This document shows positions 9,811-21,270 of a DNA stretch of 64,000 bases, piece after piece. Numbering within the stretch: position 1 is the first letter of the stretch; the number at the start of each line of letters is the position of its first letter. Under the pieces are notes generated by a model. That model saw only the letters and a program-made list of their open reading frames with translations. It made no database searches and was not told the DNA's origin. A program made the translations under genes and the position numbers. The DNA is taken from NCBI GenBank assembly GCA_913046315.1, contig CAJWRW010000002.1, positions 9,246 through 73,245 of the forward strand, given 5' to 3'. The stretch comes from an uncultured Flavobacteriales bacterium. GTDB taxonomy: Bacteria > Bacteroidota > Bacteroidia > Flavobacteriales > BACL11.

Positions 9811-11030
9811 TATAAAGAAAAATCTAGATCAACATTTAGTTTACCAGCAAGAAGTTTTTGAGTTAGTGTTTGTAGCTCTGGTATTGTAATATTTTCAATT
9901 ACTTCAGATGCAAATGCATAGGTCAATACCGCTTTAGCTTCCTCTACTCCAATACCTCTGCTTCTCATATAAAACAGAGCTTCTTCATCTAATTGCCCAA
10001 TAGTACAGCCATGACTACACTTTACATCATCTGCATAAATTTCCAGTTGAGGTTTGCTATCAATAGTTGATGTTTCGCTTAGTAAAAGATTATTGTTAGA
10101 TTGAAAAGCATCAATTTTTTGAGCATCTTTTCGTACCATAATCTTTCCATTAAACACCCCCTTCGAATCTCCAAGATAAATTCCTTTATACATTTCATTG
10201 CTTCTACAATGAGCTGTTTTATGATCCACAAAAGTATGGTTGTCTGCAAGTTGCTTGTCGTCTAACAAGGAAACACCATTCATGTTGCTTTCACAATTAG
10301 ATCCATTTTGTTCAAAATTCAAATTATTTCTTACAAAACCACCTCCAAAAATTAAAGTATTCACCTCACAAGTAGAATCCTGTTCTTGAAAGATATTCAT
10401 GCAATCAATTAGTTTAGATTCTTTTGTATTATTCTGAATTTTATTGTATTCAACCTTTGTGTTTTTATCACAATTAATATGCGTAAAATGATTCACTAAG
10501 GTTGATGAATTACTTAAATCCTGTATTTTTTCCACTATCTTCACCTCTGAATTTTCACCTACTAGTATTTGATTTCTGTACTGAGCAAAGCTGTTTTTGG
10601 TAGAGTTGAAAAATATTATCTCAATAGGATTTTCAACCACAATGTTTTTGTCAATGGTAATCGTAAAACCACTTTTTGCAAGTGCTGAGTTTAACTCTGT
10701 AATGGCATCATTATTTCTACATTCAAATTCTGAGAAATCAGAAATACTAACTCCTTTAATCTTTGGAGAATGAAGTAATTTGCCATTCAAAAACACAATC
10801 TTATTTTCTAACCCTAAGCTATACTTTTTAATTATAGCACTATCAATAATAGAAGTGTCAGATTCTAGAGCGTATTCTGAAGCAATAACTTTTTTTAAAG
10901 ATGTATATTTCCACTCCTCATCTTTTATTGTAGGAAAACCTTTTTGGAGAAAGGAATCAAACAGAATTATCTTGTCAGCAGATAAATTTTGTTGCGCTAC
11001 ATAAGTTTTCAAGTTATCAATTAAACCCAC
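9810..11030 (-). CDS. sufD: Fe-S cluster assembly protein SufD
   Basis: 406 aa beta-helix-type sequence with conserved C-terminal 'KPQLEIYADDVKCSHGCTIGQLD'. TAATG overlap with sufS. Sits between sufC and sufS. Confidence 0.9.
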   Translation of the reverse strand: MGLIDNLKTYVAQQNLSADKIILFDSFLQKGFPTIKDEEWKYTSLKKVIASEYALESDTSIIDSAIIKKYSLGLENKIVFLNGKLLHSPKIKGVSISDFSEFECRNNDAITELNSALAKSGFTITIDKNIVVENPIEIIFFNSTKNSFAQYRNQILVGENSEVKIVEKIQDLSNSSTLVNHFTHINCDKNTKVEYNKIQNNTKESKLIDCMNIFQEQDSTCEVNTLIFGGGFVRNNLNFEQNGSNCESNMNGVSLLDDKQLADNHTFVDHKTAHCRSNEMYKGIYLGDSKGVFNGKIMVRKDAQKIDAFQSNNNLLLSETSTIDSKPQLEIYADDVKCSHGCTIGQLDEEALFYMRSRGIGVEEAKAVLTYAFASEVIENITIPELQTLTQKLLAGKLNVDLDFSL

Positions 11031-11035
11031 TCTTT

Positions 11036-11782
11036 CTATGCTTTTTTAGTTATCCAATCGTATCCTTTTTCTTCTAGTTCAAGAGCTAGTTCTTTTCCTC
11101 CAGATTTTATAATTCTTCCCTCATATAATACATGGACAAAATCTGGAATAATATAATCCAACAACCTTTGGTAATGTGTAATCACAACAGTTGCATTATC
11201 TTCACTTCTTAGTTTATTCACTCCATTAGCTACAATTCTTAAAGCATCAATATCCAGCCCGGAATCCGTTTCATCCAATATTGCAAGTTTTGGCTCACAC
11301 ATAGCCATCTGAAAAATCTCATTTCTCTTTTTTTCTCCTCCAGAAAAACCTTCATTCATATTTCTAGACAAATAACCTTTCTTGATGCTTAACAACTCCA
11401 TTTTCTCGCGCATCATTTTCAATAATTCCGCAGTAGGCATTTGCTCTAACCCTTGTGCTTTTCTTCTTTCGTTTATTGCGGTTTTTATAAAGTTAGAAAC
11501 CGAGATTCCTGGTATTTCAATGGGATATTGAAAAGAAAGAAAAACTCCTTTATGCGCTCTTTCTTCAGGAGCTAATTCCAATAAATCTTCTCCCTCAAAA
11601 TCAATACTTCCTTCTTCTACTTCATAATCTTCTTTGCCAGCAATTACGCAAGAAAGTGTGCTTTTGCCAGAACCATTAGGTCCCATAATAGCATGCACTT
11701 CTCCTGCTTTCACTTCTAAGTTTATACCTTTCAAAATTTGAGCTTCTTTAACTCCTGCTTTTAGATTTTTTATTTTTAACAT
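11036..11782 (-). CDS. sufC: Fe-S cluster assembly ATPase SufC
   Basis: Walker A 'GPNGSGKST', ABC signature 'FSGGEKKR', Walker B 'LAILDETDSGLD'. Confidence 0.95.
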   Translation of the reverse strand: MLKIKNLKAGVKEAQILKGINLEVKAGEVHAIMGPNGSGKSTLSCVIAGKEDYEVEEGSIDFEGEDLLELAPEERAHKGVFLSFQYPIEIPGISVSNFIKTAINERRKAQGLEQMPTAELLKMMREKMELLSIKKGYLSRNMNEGFSGGEKKRNEIFQMAMCEPKLAILDETDSGLDIDALRIVANGVNKLRSEDNATVVITHYQRLLDYIIPDFVHVLYEGRIIKSGGKELALELEEKGYDWITKKA

Positions 11783-11790
11783 TTTCTTTT

Positions 11791-13248
11791 TTATCCTACT
11801 GAGCCTTCAAGGCTGATTTCTAATAATTTTTGTGCTTCTACTGCAAACTCCATTGGCAGTTGATTTAATACATCTTTACAATATCCATTTACAATTAAAG
11901 CAATTGCTTCTTCTGTACCAATTCCTCTCTGGTTACAATAAAATATCTGATCTTCGCCAATTTTTGAAGTAGTTGCTTCATGTTCTACTTTTGAAGAGTT
12001 GTTTTTCACTTCGATATACGGAAATGTGTGTGAGCCACATTTATCACCCATTAATAAAGAATCACATTGAGAAAAGTTTCTAGAATTTGTAGCTCCTTTA
12101 GCAATTCTAACTAATCCTCTATAGTTTCCATCAGAATAACCCGCAGAAATTCCTTTAGCTATAATTGTACTTTTAGTGTTTTTACCTAAATGAACCATCT
12201 TAGTTCCAGTGTCCGCTTGTTGTTTGTTGTTGGTAACAGCAACTGAGAAAAATTCTCCAATTGAGTTGTCTCCTTTTAAAATACAAGAAGGATATTTCCA
12301 TGTAACCGCAGATCCTGTTTCTACTTGAGTCCAAGAAATTTTAGAATTTTTATGACAAATCCCTCTTTTGGTAACAAAATTAAAAACCCCTCCTTTTCCA
12401 TCTTTATCTCCAGGATACCAGTTTTGCACGGTGGAATATTTTATATCCGCATCATCTAGAGCAATCAGCTCAACTACTGCAGCATGTAATTGGTTCTCAT
12501 CTCTCATAGGAGCGGTACAACCTTCTAAATAACTTACTTGAGATCCTTCATCTGCAATCAATAATGTTCTTTCGAATTGTCCGGTTCCTGCCTCATTAAT
12601 TCTAAAATATGTAGAAAGCTCCATTGGGCATTGCACTCCTTTCGGAATATAACAAAAAGAGCCATCAGAAAACACTGCAGAATTTAAAGCAGAAAAGAAA
12701 TTATCCCTTACAGGAACAACTGTTCCTAGATATTTTTTAACTAGTTCTGGATGTTCTTGTATAGCGTCTGAAATAGAGCAGAAAATAATTCCTTTTTCAG
12801 CAAGTGTTTCTTTAAAAGAGGTAGCTACCGAAACAGAATCCATCACAATATCCACAGCTACATTTGCTAGTCTTTTTTGTTCTTCAAGAGATATTCCTAA
12901 CTTATCAAAGGTTTTCTTCATTTCCGGATCCAAGTCATCTAAACTGTCTAAAACAGGTTTTTGCTTAGGTGCAGAATAATAAATTACATCCTGATAATTT
13001 GGTTTTTGGTAAGAAACATTTGCCCAGTCAGGCTCTTCCATTTCAAGCCATGCTTTATAGGCGTTTAATCTGTATTCTAACATCCAATTCGGCTCGTTTT
13101 TCTTTTCAGAAATAGTTCGAACAACCTCCTCAGAAAGCCCTTTTGCTATGGTATCAGAATCAATTTTGGTAGTAAATCCGTATTTGTATTCGGAGGAAGT
13201 TACTTCATTAAGCAACTGCTCTTCCGTTTGCTTTTGTTTTGCACTCAT
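11791..13248 (-). CDS. sufB: Fe-S cluster assembly scaffold SufB
   Basis: 485 aa. Highly conserved SufB core ('[22 protein letters not shown]', '[15 protein letters not shown]'). Confidence 0.95.
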   Translation of the reverse strand: MSAKQKQTEEQLLNEVTSSEYKYGFTTKIDSDTIAKGLSEEVVRTISEKKNEPNWMLEYRLNAYKAWLEMEEPDWANVSYQKPNYQDVIYYSAPKQKPVLDSLDDLDPEMKKTFDKLGISLEEQKRLANVAVDIVMDSVSVATSFKETLAEKGIIFCSISDAIQEHPELVKKYLGTVVPVRDNFFSALNSAVFSDGSFCYIPKGVQCPMELSTYFRINEAGTGQFERTLLIADEGSQVSYLEGCTAPMRDENQLHAAVVELIALDDADIKYSTVQNWYPGDKDGKGGVFNFVTKRGICHKNSKISWTQVETGSAVTWKYPSCILKGDNSIGEFFSVAVTNNKQQADTGTKMVHLGKNTKSTIIAKGISAGYSDGNYRGLVRIAKGATNSRNFSQCDSLLMGDKCGSHTFPYIEVKNNSSKVEHEATTSKIGEDQIFYCNQRGIGTEEAIALIVNGYCKDVLNQLPMEFAVEAQKLLEISLEGSVG

Positions 13249-13260
13249 TTGCTTAAAATA

Positions 13261-13584
13261 TTATAAGGAAAAACTCTCTCCACAACCACAAGTTCTATTT
13301 GCATTCGGATTATTAAACACAAATCCTTTTCCATTAAGTCCGTCAGAAAATTCAAGCGTCGTGCCAACAAGATATAAAAAACTCTTTTTGTTAATTACAA
13401 GCTTAATTCCATTATCCTCAATCAACTCATCATCTTGTTTTTGGCTTTTGTCAAAGTCTAATTTATAGCTTAAACCAGAACAACCACCACTTTCTACACC
13501 TACCCTAACATAGCTAATACCTGCTTCTTCTGTTCCCAATAAATAAAGCAGCCTATTTCTTGCTGAATCACTGATTTTTATCAT
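13261..13584 (-). CDS. IscA/HesB-family Fe-S carrier (SufA/ErpA-like)
   Basis: C-terminal 'CGCGESF' motif and 'GGCSG'. Start taken at the internal Met 'MIKISDSA' (ATG at 13584). Confidence 0.85.
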   Translation of the reverse strand: MIKISDSARNRLLYLLGTEEAGISYVRVGVESGGCSGLSYKLDFDKSQKQDDELIEDNGIKLVINKKSFLYLVGTTLEFSDGLNGKGFVFNNPNANRTCGCGESFSL

Positions 13585-13654
13585 CTTATTTTTCTTTAAT
13601 CTAAATGAATGCAAAACTACAAAAATCTTCTCAAAGATTACTTATCTTTGCCTT

Positions 13655-14710
13655 ATGAGTTTATTTGAAGAAAAAGACATAAAAACCACCCCAATTTCTG
13701 CATTTGGGGAATTTGCACTGATTGATCATCTGACCAAGGATGTTGAAATCAAAAATGAGAGCTCTTTTAAAGGAGTAGGAGATGATGCAGCCGTTATAGA
13801 TATTGGCGATAAATTTCAGTTGGTAAGTACTGATTTATTAGTAGAAAAGGTACATTTTGATTTGGCATACACGCCATTGAAACATCTAGGGTATAAGGCA
13901 GTTGCAGTAAATGTATCTGATATTTGTGCTATGAATGGTAAGGCCAAGCAAATTGTAATCGGTTTAGCACTATCTAATCGTTTTCCTGTAGAAGCATTGG
14001 AAGAGTTGTATGCAGGTATCAATTTAGCATGCAAGCAGTATGGGGTTGATATTGTTGGTGGAGATACCACCTCTTCTACTTCTGGATTGATGATCAGTGT
14101 TACCGCAATAGGTGAGGTAGAAAAAGAGAAAATAATTTATAGGTCTGGTGCAAAAACTCATGATTTGTTGCTTTGTACTGGTGATTTGGGTGGAGCTTAT
14201 TTAGGCCTACAACTTCTTAATAGAGAACAACAGATGTTTAAAGAAAATCCAAAAATGCAACCTGATTTGCAAGGGTATGAATATGTGTTGCAAAGACAAC
14301 TAAAACCAGAAGCAAGAGTGGAGATACCAAAAAAACTAAAAGACTTAAACATCCTGCCCACCTCAATGATAGATATTTCTGATGGGCTTTCCTCTGAGGC
14401 ATTGCATTTGGCCAAATCTTCAGATGTTGCCCTGCATATTTATGAAGACAAAATCCCTTTGGATATTAGCACCATCAATCTATCGGAAGAATTAAACCTC
14501 AACCCTATTTTATGTGCTTTAAATGGAGGGGAAGATTACGAACTATTACTTACTATTAGTCAGAAAGATTACGGGAAGTTAAAATCAGATGTTGATTTCA
14601 CCATTATTGGTCATATTGCCGATAAATTAGAAGGAAGTAATTTTATCGCAAAAGATGGAAGCGTACACCCTTTAACTGCTCAAGGATGGGATGCTACAAA
14701 AATAGGATGA
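13655..14710 (+). CDS. thiL: thiamine-monophosphate kinase
   Basis: AIR-synthase-like fold motifs 'GVGDDAAVI', 'GYKAVAVNVSDICAMNG', 'GGDTTSS'. Confidence 0.9.
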   Translation: MSLFEEKDIKTTPISAFGEFALIDHLTKDVEIKNESSFKGVGDDAAVIDIGDKFQLVSTDLLVEKVHFDLAYTPLKHLGYKAVAVNVSDICAMNGKAKQIVIGLALSNRFPVEALEELYAGINLACKQYGVDIVGGDTTSSTSGLMISVTAIGEVEKEKIIYRSGAKTHDLLLCTGDLGGAYLGLQLLNREQQMFKENPKMQPDLQGYEYVLQRQLKPEARVEIPKKLKDLNILPTSMIDISDGLSSEALHLAKSSDVALHIYEDKIPLDISTINLSEELNLNPILCALNGGEDYELLLTISQKDYGKLKSDVDFTIIGHIADKLEGSNFIAKDGSVHPLTAQGWDATKIG

Positions 14711-14871
14711 ATACATAATAGTTGTACTGAAAATTAAATTTTTTATTATCAGACTATAAAGACCTATGAAGTTTGTTGTAAATCAGAGTAAACTTCACAA
14801 AACAGTGATTATAAATAGATAATATTATGAGCTGGTTAAGTTGGAAAAAGCGGCATCCCTCCCCTTTTTTT

Positions 14872-16326
14872 TCATAGTTTAGATTTGAGCCAAAGGTTAT
14901 AATTAATTACATCTGTATCATCTGCTGCATCATCATCTATTGCTGTAATTAATGTTTGTACTTTGGTCAGCAGATTTTTATCTTGTTGCAAATTGTTGCA
15001 ATAAATCAGTTTTGAAATAATTTCAATGAGATCGACATCTCTTTTGAAATCATCATTTTCTAAAATTTCCTTATAAACTCTTTTTATGTATTTCAGTCTA
15101 CTTTCAATCTTGTCAAAATCCCCCAATTCAAAACGAATAATTAGAGATGCGATATAAATTTTGAACTGAAATGATTTTCCAATATCTACAAAATCGTCAT
15201 GTAATAATAGGCGAGATAAATTCTTTATTGCCATACGGTATTTACCTTGGTCAAAATAAATTAAGGCCGTATTCAAATAAATAAAAACAGTGTAAGTTGG
15301 CAATTCCTTTATGATTGTATTTTTTCTAGCTTCTTCTAGTATCTTCAAAGCTTCTTTTTTATCCAAAACAGAGTAATTTATTACCAAAGCATTGTAATAA
15401 TAAAAAAGGAATTTATCTCGCAAAAACCCACTATATTCATCCATGCCTTTTTTTAATATTTCTGCAAACTCCAAGGATTTTTTAAGCTTATGCGTTTTAT
15501 AGAGACAATTAGTTAAATAGATTAGCATCATGAGTTTATGCTCATGATTGGTTTTGTTGAATATTTTATCGGTATTAAATTCTGTATATGTATGAAGTAA
15601 ATAATCTTCTAAAGCTGCAAAATCGTGTTTTTGTAAAAGGATCCTGCTAATGGTTAAATATACCTTAAAACGAAATTTCGGACTTTTTGGAATGTCTTTG
15701 TTTTTTGCAAATTCTTTTACCGCTTTTTCTAACACATTGAGGATAGCATCATTTTTTCCAGAAAAATTTTGTGCCGTTTTTATCCTATAACTAGCTGCTG
15801 CTAAGATTTGATCAATCTCTTGAATTTGATCCAGCTTTAACTTATTTTCTTTTTGTTTAGCAATGTATTTCTCCACATCAATAGAGACCATATCATAAGA
15901 GAGCTTTATGATTTCTGCATAAATAATTGCTAGTAGTTCAAAGGCTTCAATTTGAAGCGCTTTACTTTCCGCTTTTTTCAAAAAATAAAAGGATAAATCC
16001 ACATCACCCTTTCTTTTATAAACTCTTGAAAGTAAGACAGATTGCAGGGTGTATATATCTTTTTCACTTGGCAGATGCTGAAGCATCATGCTTTTGTTCA
16101 AATCCTTTAAAAGCCTATTTTTAAGTTGATAAAAAGCATTTTTATTACCTTTATAGAGTTTTTTGGCAATAAAGCTCTCATTATAATCTTCATCGTGTCG
16201 CTTTATATAATCGAAAAGCAAAACATCTTTCCGTTTTTTTTTACTATTTGTTCTCGAAGCAAAAAGCTTGTAAAATCTACTTTCTTCTTTGTTAAGTGTA
16301 GCAATTATTTTTTGCAGAATATTCAT
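14872..16326 (-). CDS. hypothetical all-helical (TPR-like) protein
   Basis: Long ORF rich in amphipathic helical repeats. I place the start at 'MNILQKII' (ATG 16326). The listed longer ORF would overlap the divergent gene at 16422. Confidence 0.55.
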   Translation of the reverse strand: MNILQKIIATLNKEESRFYKLFASRTNSKKKRKDVLLFDYIKRHDEDYNESFIAKKLYKGNKNAFYQLKNRLLKDLNKSMMLQHLPSEKDIYTLQSVLLSRVYKRKGDVDLSFYFLKKAESKALQIEAFELLAIIYAEIIKLSYDMVSIDVEKYIAKQKENKLKLDQIQEIDQILAAASYRIKTAQNFSGKNDAILNVLEKAVKEFAKNKDIPKSPKFRFKVYLTISRILLQKHDFAALEDYLLHTYTEFNTDKIFNKTNHEHKLMMLIYLTNCLYKTHKLKKSLEFAEILKKGMDEYSGFLRDKFLFYYYNALVINYSVLDKKEALKILEEARKNTIIKELPTYTVFIYLNTALIYFDQGKYRMAIKNLSRLLLHDDFVDIGKSFQFKIYIASLIIRFELGDFDKIESRLKYIKRVYKEILENDDFKRDVDLIEIISKLIYCNNLQQDKNLLTKVQTLITAIDDDAADDTDVINYNLWLKSKL

Positions 16327-16421
16327 AAAAGAAGAATTTGAACGGCTAAGATAGAAATAAAATTTATTATAAAAAGTCGATTTTCTGAATATTTTGTTCG
16401 TATAATTGGTAAAATTGTAGT

Positions 16422-17126
16422 GTGAAAAAAAAAGCGCACATATTATCACTTATACTTTGCCTGTCAACTCTAGGTTTGAATGCCCAAAGCTCAATAGACT
16501 TAGGTTTTGGGCAGAACGCCATAAATATACCTGATACGGTTACAATTGGCGATAGCATTTGGTTCTCTTGCTGGGTGGTAAATAAAGGGGAGGATGTTCT
16601 AGCAGAAAATGTTCTAATTAAAGCGGCTAGATATGATGTCAACTTAGGTCTTGTAAGCAATAGGACTATTGGTGGTCAAGGACCAAATTTTATATACCCT
16701 AACGATAGTATTCAGTTTGTTCCAGAATTTTTATTTGAGGTAGTAACCAACCAAAATTACCTGCTTGGAGACAATATTGTTGTGATATGGCCAAAGGCAG
16801 ATGTTCCTAATTCTATCGGGCAAACGAATCAGTATGTATATAAGAATCTGCATGTATTGTCTAATGCTATGTTATCAATTTCCGAGCAAAAAGTTAATGG
16901 CGCAAACTATTTTTATCCACAACCAGCAAAGGACAAGATATTCTTTAAAGCTTCAGATCAAATAACAGCTGTTAAGATATTTAATATTTTGGGTAAAGAA
17001 GTAGTAGCTTTTAACAATTTAACACCCTCAATTTCAATTGCTGAGCTTCCACAAGGATTGTACTTATTGAAAATACAGACAAAAAATAGGCAGGAAAAAC
17101 TCCAAAAGCTAATAATCAAGCGATAA
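16422..17126 (+). CDS. secreted protein with T9SS type-A C-terminal sorting domain
   Basis: Signal peptide 'MKKKAHILSLILCLSTLGLNAQ'. C-terminal 'IFNILGKEVV...LPQGLYLLKIQTKNRQEKLQKLIIKR' matches the Por secretion-tail pattern. Confidence 0.8.
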   Translation: MKKKAHILSLILCLSTLGLNAQSSIDLGFGQNAINIPDTVTIGDSIWFSCWVVNKGEDVLAENVLIKAARYDVNLGLVSNRTIGGQGPNFIYPNDSIQFVPEFLFEVVTNQNYLLGDNIVVIWPKADVPNSIGQTNQYVYKNLHVLSNAMLSISEQKVNGANYFYPQPAKDKIFFKASDQITAVKIFNILGKEVVAFNNLTPSISIAELPQGLYLLKIQTKNRQEKLQKLIIKR

Positions 17127-17161
17127 TATCACACAAAAAAACAAGTTTAGATGCATAAGAA

Positions 17162-18451
17162 TTATGCGTTCATCAGATCTTCAATTTCATCTGCTTCTAT
17201 TGGAATTTTTTTCATCAAATCATCTGGGCCGTCTGTAGTAACTAGAATATCGTTTTCCAAGCGAACACCCAATCCTTCTTCTATAATATATATTCCAGGC
17301 TCACAAGTAAAAACCATACCTTCCTTCATGGGTGTTTCAAAACTCCCAACATCATGTACATCTAAACCTAAAGAGTGAGAAGTGCCGTGCATAAAATATT
17401 GCTTGTAAAGTGGATTTTCTGCATCTTGTTTTTGCACATCATGCTTGTCCAACAAGCCTAGCTTTATTAATTCCGCTTCCATAATTTTTCCTACTTCTTT
17501 GTTGTAGTCTTTAAAAAGTGTTCCAGGAACGAGCATTTTTGTGGCCTCTTTCATTACATGCAAAACAGCATTATAGACAGTCTTTTGTCTTTTAGAAAAA
17601 CGACCATTTACTGGAACAGTTCGCGTTAAATCAGAAGCATAATTGGCATATTCTGCACCAAAGTCCATGAGTAAAATATCGCCATCTTTACAGGCTTTGT
17701 TATTGTCAATATAATGCAAAACACAAGAGTCAATACCTGAACCAATGATTGGTTCGTAAGCAAATCCTTTAGATCTATTTCTTAAAAATTCATGCATCAA
17801 TTCTGCTTCGACCTCATACTCCATTATACCAGGCTTTATAAAAGGCAAAATTCTTCTCAGACCTTTTTCTGTAATATCACAAGCATTTTGCATCAAAGCA
17901 ATTTCTATATCAGATTTTACATACCTGAGCTGGTGCATTATTAGTGCAGCTTCTTTAATTTCTTTGCCTGCAAATTTTTCACTAATCATCACCCTAAACC
18001 TATCATCTCTTGTCTGTACTTCAGACTTTGAGCGAGCATGCATATTTTTATTCAAATAAATAGCATCTGCCTTTTTAATCAACTCATCCAATTTATCCTC
18101 TAACTCACTAAGCCAAAAAACTGTTTTAATTCCAGAAGTATTAAAAGCCTCTTCTTTGGTTAGTTTTGATCCTTCCCAAATCGCAATTTCCTTATTGGTT
18201 TCTTTCAAAAATAAAACTTCTCGCATGTTTTCATCAGGATGATTTGGAAAAATCAGCAATATACTCTCCTCCTGATCTACTCCGCTTAACCAAAACAAAT
18301 CACTGTTCTGACGAAAAGGCATTGAGCCATCAGAATTAGTTGGCATAATGTCATTTGCATTAAAAATAGCGAGCGCCCCTTTCTGAATTATAGCAGTAAG
18401 AGCTTTTCTATTTGTAATAAATAAATCATTATCAATAGGTAAGTATTTCAT
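17162..18451 (-). CDS. pepP: Xaa-Pro aminopeptidase (M24B)
   Basis: Metal-ligand motifs 'DFGAEYANYASDLTR', 'HGTSHSLGLDVHD', 'EPGIY'. Confidence 0.9.
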   Translation of the reverse strand: MKYLPIDNDLFITNRKALTAIIQKGALAIFNANDIMPTNSDGSMPFRQNSDLFWLSGVDQEESILLIFPNHPDENMREVLFLKETNKEIAIWEGSKLTKEEAFNTSGIKTVFWLSELEDKLDELIKKADAIYLNKNMHARSKSEVQTRDDRFRVMISEKFAGKEIKEAALIMHQLRYVKSDIEIALMQNACDITEKGLRRILPFIKPGIMEYEVEAELMHEFLRNRSKGFAYEPIIGSGIDSCVLHYIDNNKACKDGDILLMDFGAEYANYASDLTRTVPVNGRFSKRQKTVYNAVLHVMKEATKMLVPGTLFKDYNKEVGKIMEAELIKLGLLDKHDVQKQDAENPLYKQYFMHGTSHSLGLDVHDVGSFETPMKEGMVFTCEPGIYIIEEGLGVRLENDILVTTDGPDDLMKKIPIEADEIEDLMNA

Positions 18452-18575
18452 GCTTAATTTTTTTGAAAGTCAAAGATACTCAAATAGAGCAATTATTTAT
18501 AATGATAATGAATAAGAAATTCTATTGCTTATTTCGGCAATGAACACTACCTTTGCTTTTGAAAAACTAGGGAAA

Positions 18576-19232
18576 ATGACACAATCTTCAGTAGCCAGAA
18601 AATTCTTAATGGCCTTATCAGGCTTTTTTTTATTGGTATTTTTATTACAACACTTCATCATTAATTTGCTTTCTGTAATCAGTGCAGACTTATTTAATCA
18701 AGTATCTCATTTTATGGGAACAAATGGGATAGTACAATTTGTTTTACAACCTGTTTTATTATTTGGAGTTTTATTTCATTTAGGGATGGGCATCTATTTA
18801 GATATTCAAAACAAATCTGCCAGACCAATTAAATATGCAATGGACAAGCCCTCTGAGAATTCTTCTTGGGTAAGTAGAAATATGATAATAACTGGAGTAA
18901 TGATAATGCTGTTTTTAGCGCTTCATTTTTATGACTTTTGGATTCCAGAAATTAAAGATAAATTTATAGATGGAAAATGGGATAATCCTACAAAATACTA
19001 CCCTCATTTGCAGCATAAATTTCATGATTTAACAAGGGTAATTATTTACTGTGTTTCTTTTGTATTTTTATCACTCCATTTGTTACATGGATTTCAATCG
19101 GCATTTCAATCGGCAGGATTTAACCATAATAAATACACGCCAACAATTAAAAAAATAGGAAATTTATATGCTATAATTATTCCTGCAGGATTTGTATTTA
19201 TTGCTTTGTTCCATTACTTTATTCAGTTATAA
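18576..19232 (+). CDS. sdhC: succinate dehydrogenase/fumarate reductase cytochrome b subunit (b558 family)
   Basis: Five predicted TM helices with conserved His residues. Lies immediately upstream of sdhA. Start taken at 'MTQSSVARKF' (ATG 18576). Confidence 0.85.
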   Translation: MTQSSVARKFLMALSGFFLLVFLLQHFIINLLSVISADLFNQVSHFMGTNGIVQFVLQPVLLFGVLFHLGMGIYLDIQNKSARPIKYAMDKPSENSSWVSRNMIITGVMIMLFLALHFYDFWIPEIKDKFIDGKWDNPTKYYPHLQHKFHDLTRVIIYCVSFVFLSLHLLHGFQSAFQSAGFNHNKYTPTIKKIGNLYAIIIPAGFVFIALFHYFIQL

Positions 19233-19248
19233 AATTTAAAAATAAACT

Positions 19249-21264
19249 ATGTCAGTTTTAGATTCTAAAATACCAGACGGACCACTAAAAGACAAGTGGA
19301 CTAATCATAAAAACAAGATTGATCTTGTAAATCCTGCTAATAAAAGAAATATAGATATTATTGTTGTAGGTACTGGTTTGGCAGGAGGTTCTGCAGCAGC
19401 TTCTCTTGCAGAAATGGGATATAATGTAAAGTCCTTTTGTTATCAAGACTCTCCAAGAAGAGCGCATTCTATCGCTGCGCAAGGAGGTATAAATGCAGCA
19501 AAAAATTATCAGAATGATGGGGATTCAGTTTACAGATTATTTTATGATACGGTAAAAGGAGGAGACTATAGAGCAAGAGAAGCAAACGTACATAGATTAG
19601 CAGAAGTATCAGCAAATATAATTGATCAGTGTGTTGCACAAGGAGTTCCTTTTGCTAGGGAATATGGAGGAGTATTAGATAACCGCTCTTTTGGCGGAGT
19701 ATTAGTTTCCAGAACATTTTATGCTAAAGGGCAAACCGGTCAACAATTACTTTTAGGAGCTTATTCTGCAATGAACCGTCAGATTGCAAAAGGAAAAATA
19801 GAAATGTATAACCGTCATGAAATGGTTGAGTTAGTAACTATTGATGGAAAAGCAAGAGGAATTATTGCTAGAAATTTAGAATCAGGAGAATTAGAAAGAC
19901 ACTCTGCTCATGCGGTCGTAATAGCAAGTGGAGGATATGGAAATGTGTTTTTCTTATCTACTAATGCTATGGGATCAAATGTTACCGCAGCTTGGAAAAT
20001 TCATAAAAAAGGAGCCTTTTTTGCTAATCCATGCTACACCCAGATTCACCCAACATGTGTACCAAGAAGTGGGGAACATCAATCTAAACTAACACTTATG
20101 TCTGAATCGTTAAGGAATGATGGAAGAATTTGGGTACCTAAAAACCTAGAAGATGTCAAGGCAATTAGGGAGGGTAAGCTTAAACCAACAGATATAAAAG
20201 AAGAAGATAGAGATTATTACCTTGAAAGAAGGTATCCATCTTTTGGAAATTTGACACCTAGAGACGTTGCTTCTAGGGCAGCAAAAGAAAGATGCGACGC
20301 TGGTTATGGAGTTAATAAAACAGGTGGGGCTGTATATTTAGACTTTTCTTCTGCAATAGAAAGATATGGAAAAGAGAAAGCTCTTTTACAAGGAATAGTA
20401 AATCCAAGTAAGCAAAAAATTACACAATTAGGAGAGAGTGTTGTAGAGGCAAAATATGGAAACTTATTCCAGATGTATGAGAAGATAGTAGATGATAACC
20501 CTTACAAAACTCCAATGATGATTTATCCAGCAGTACATTATACTATGGGAGGAGTTTGGGTTGATTATAATCTTATGACAACTATTCCAGGATGTTATTG
20601 TATAGGAGAGGCAAACTTTTCCGAACATGGAGCAAATAGGCTAGGAGCTTCTGCACTTATGCAAGGATTAGCAGATGGATATTTTGTACTTCCATATACT
20701 ATTGGGGGTTATCTTTCAAACGAAATTAGAACAGGAAAAATTTCTACTGATTCTCCTGAATTTGATGAGGCTGAAAAATCAGTGTCTGACCAAATAGACA
20801 GATTGATGGGAGTTAAGGGAACAAAATCTGTAGATCATTTCCACAAACAATTAGGAAAAATTATGTGGGAGTATGTTGGGATGTCCAGAAATGAAGAGGG
20901 TCTTAAGAAAGCTATGACGGATATAAAGAAAGTGAGAGAAGAATTTTGGAAGGATGTGAGAATCCCAGGAGATAAAAATGAGATGAACTCAGAATTGGCA
21001 AAGGCAGGCAGAGTAGCAGACTTTTTGGAATTAGGAGAGTTATTTGCAAAAGATGCATTACATAGAAATGAAAGTTGTGGAGGTCATTTTAGAGAGGAGT
21101 CTGTTGAGCAAGATGGATTACAAAAAGGAGAGGCAAAAAGAGATGACGAAAACTTTTCCTATGTAGCAGCTTGGGAATTTAAAGGTGAACCTACTGATGC
21201 GGTTTTACATAAGGAAAAATTAGAGTTTAATGATATAGAACTAAAACAAAGAAGTTATAAATAA
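19249..21264 (+). CDS. sdhA: succinate dehydrogenase/fumarate reductase flavoprotein subunit
   Basis: FAD-binding '[14 protein letters not shown]', covalent-FAD His context '[14 protein letters not shown]', 'HYTMGG', '[11 protein letters not shown]'. Confidence 0.95.
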   Translation: MSVLDSKIPDGPLKDKWTNHKNKIDLVNPANKRNIDIIVVGTGLAGGSAAASLAEMGYNVKSFCYQDSPRRAHSIAAQGGINAAKNYQNDGDSVYRLFYDTVKGGDYRAREANVHRLAEVSANIIDQCVAQGVPFAREYGGVLDNRSFGGVLVSRTFYAKGQTGQQLLLGAYSAMNRQIAKGKIEMYNRHEMVELVTIDGKARGIIARNLESGELERHSAHAVVIASGGYGNVFFLSTNAMGSNVTAAWKIHKKGAFFANPCYTQIHPTCVPRSGEHQSKLTLMSESLRNDGRIWVPKNLEDVKAIREGKLKPTDIKEEDRDYYLERRYPSFGNLTPRDVASRAAKERCDAGYGVNKTGGAVYLDFSSAIERYGKEKALLQGIVNPSKQKITQLGESVVEAKYGNLFQMYEKIVDDNPYKTPMMIYPAVHYTMGGVWVDYNLMTTIPGCYCIGEANFSEHGANRLGASALMQGLADGYFVLPYTIGGYLSNEIRTGKISTDSPEFDEAEKSVSDQIDRLMGVKGTKSVDHFHKQLGKIMWEYVGMSRNEEGLKKAMTDIKKVREEFWKDVRIPGDKNEMNSELAKAGRVADFLELGELFAKDALHRNESCGGHFREESVEQDGLQKGEAKRDDENFSYVAAWEFKGEPTDAVLHKEKLEFNDIELKQRSYK

Positions 21265-21270
21265 GAAATT

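Noticed and set aside
14767-14795. 7-bp hairpin gaagttt/aaacttc with a 15-nt loop between thiL and the convergent helical-repeat gene. Considered as a bidirectional terminator.
   Set aside because: The loop is large, the stem is short, and neither side has a T-run. Not convincing.
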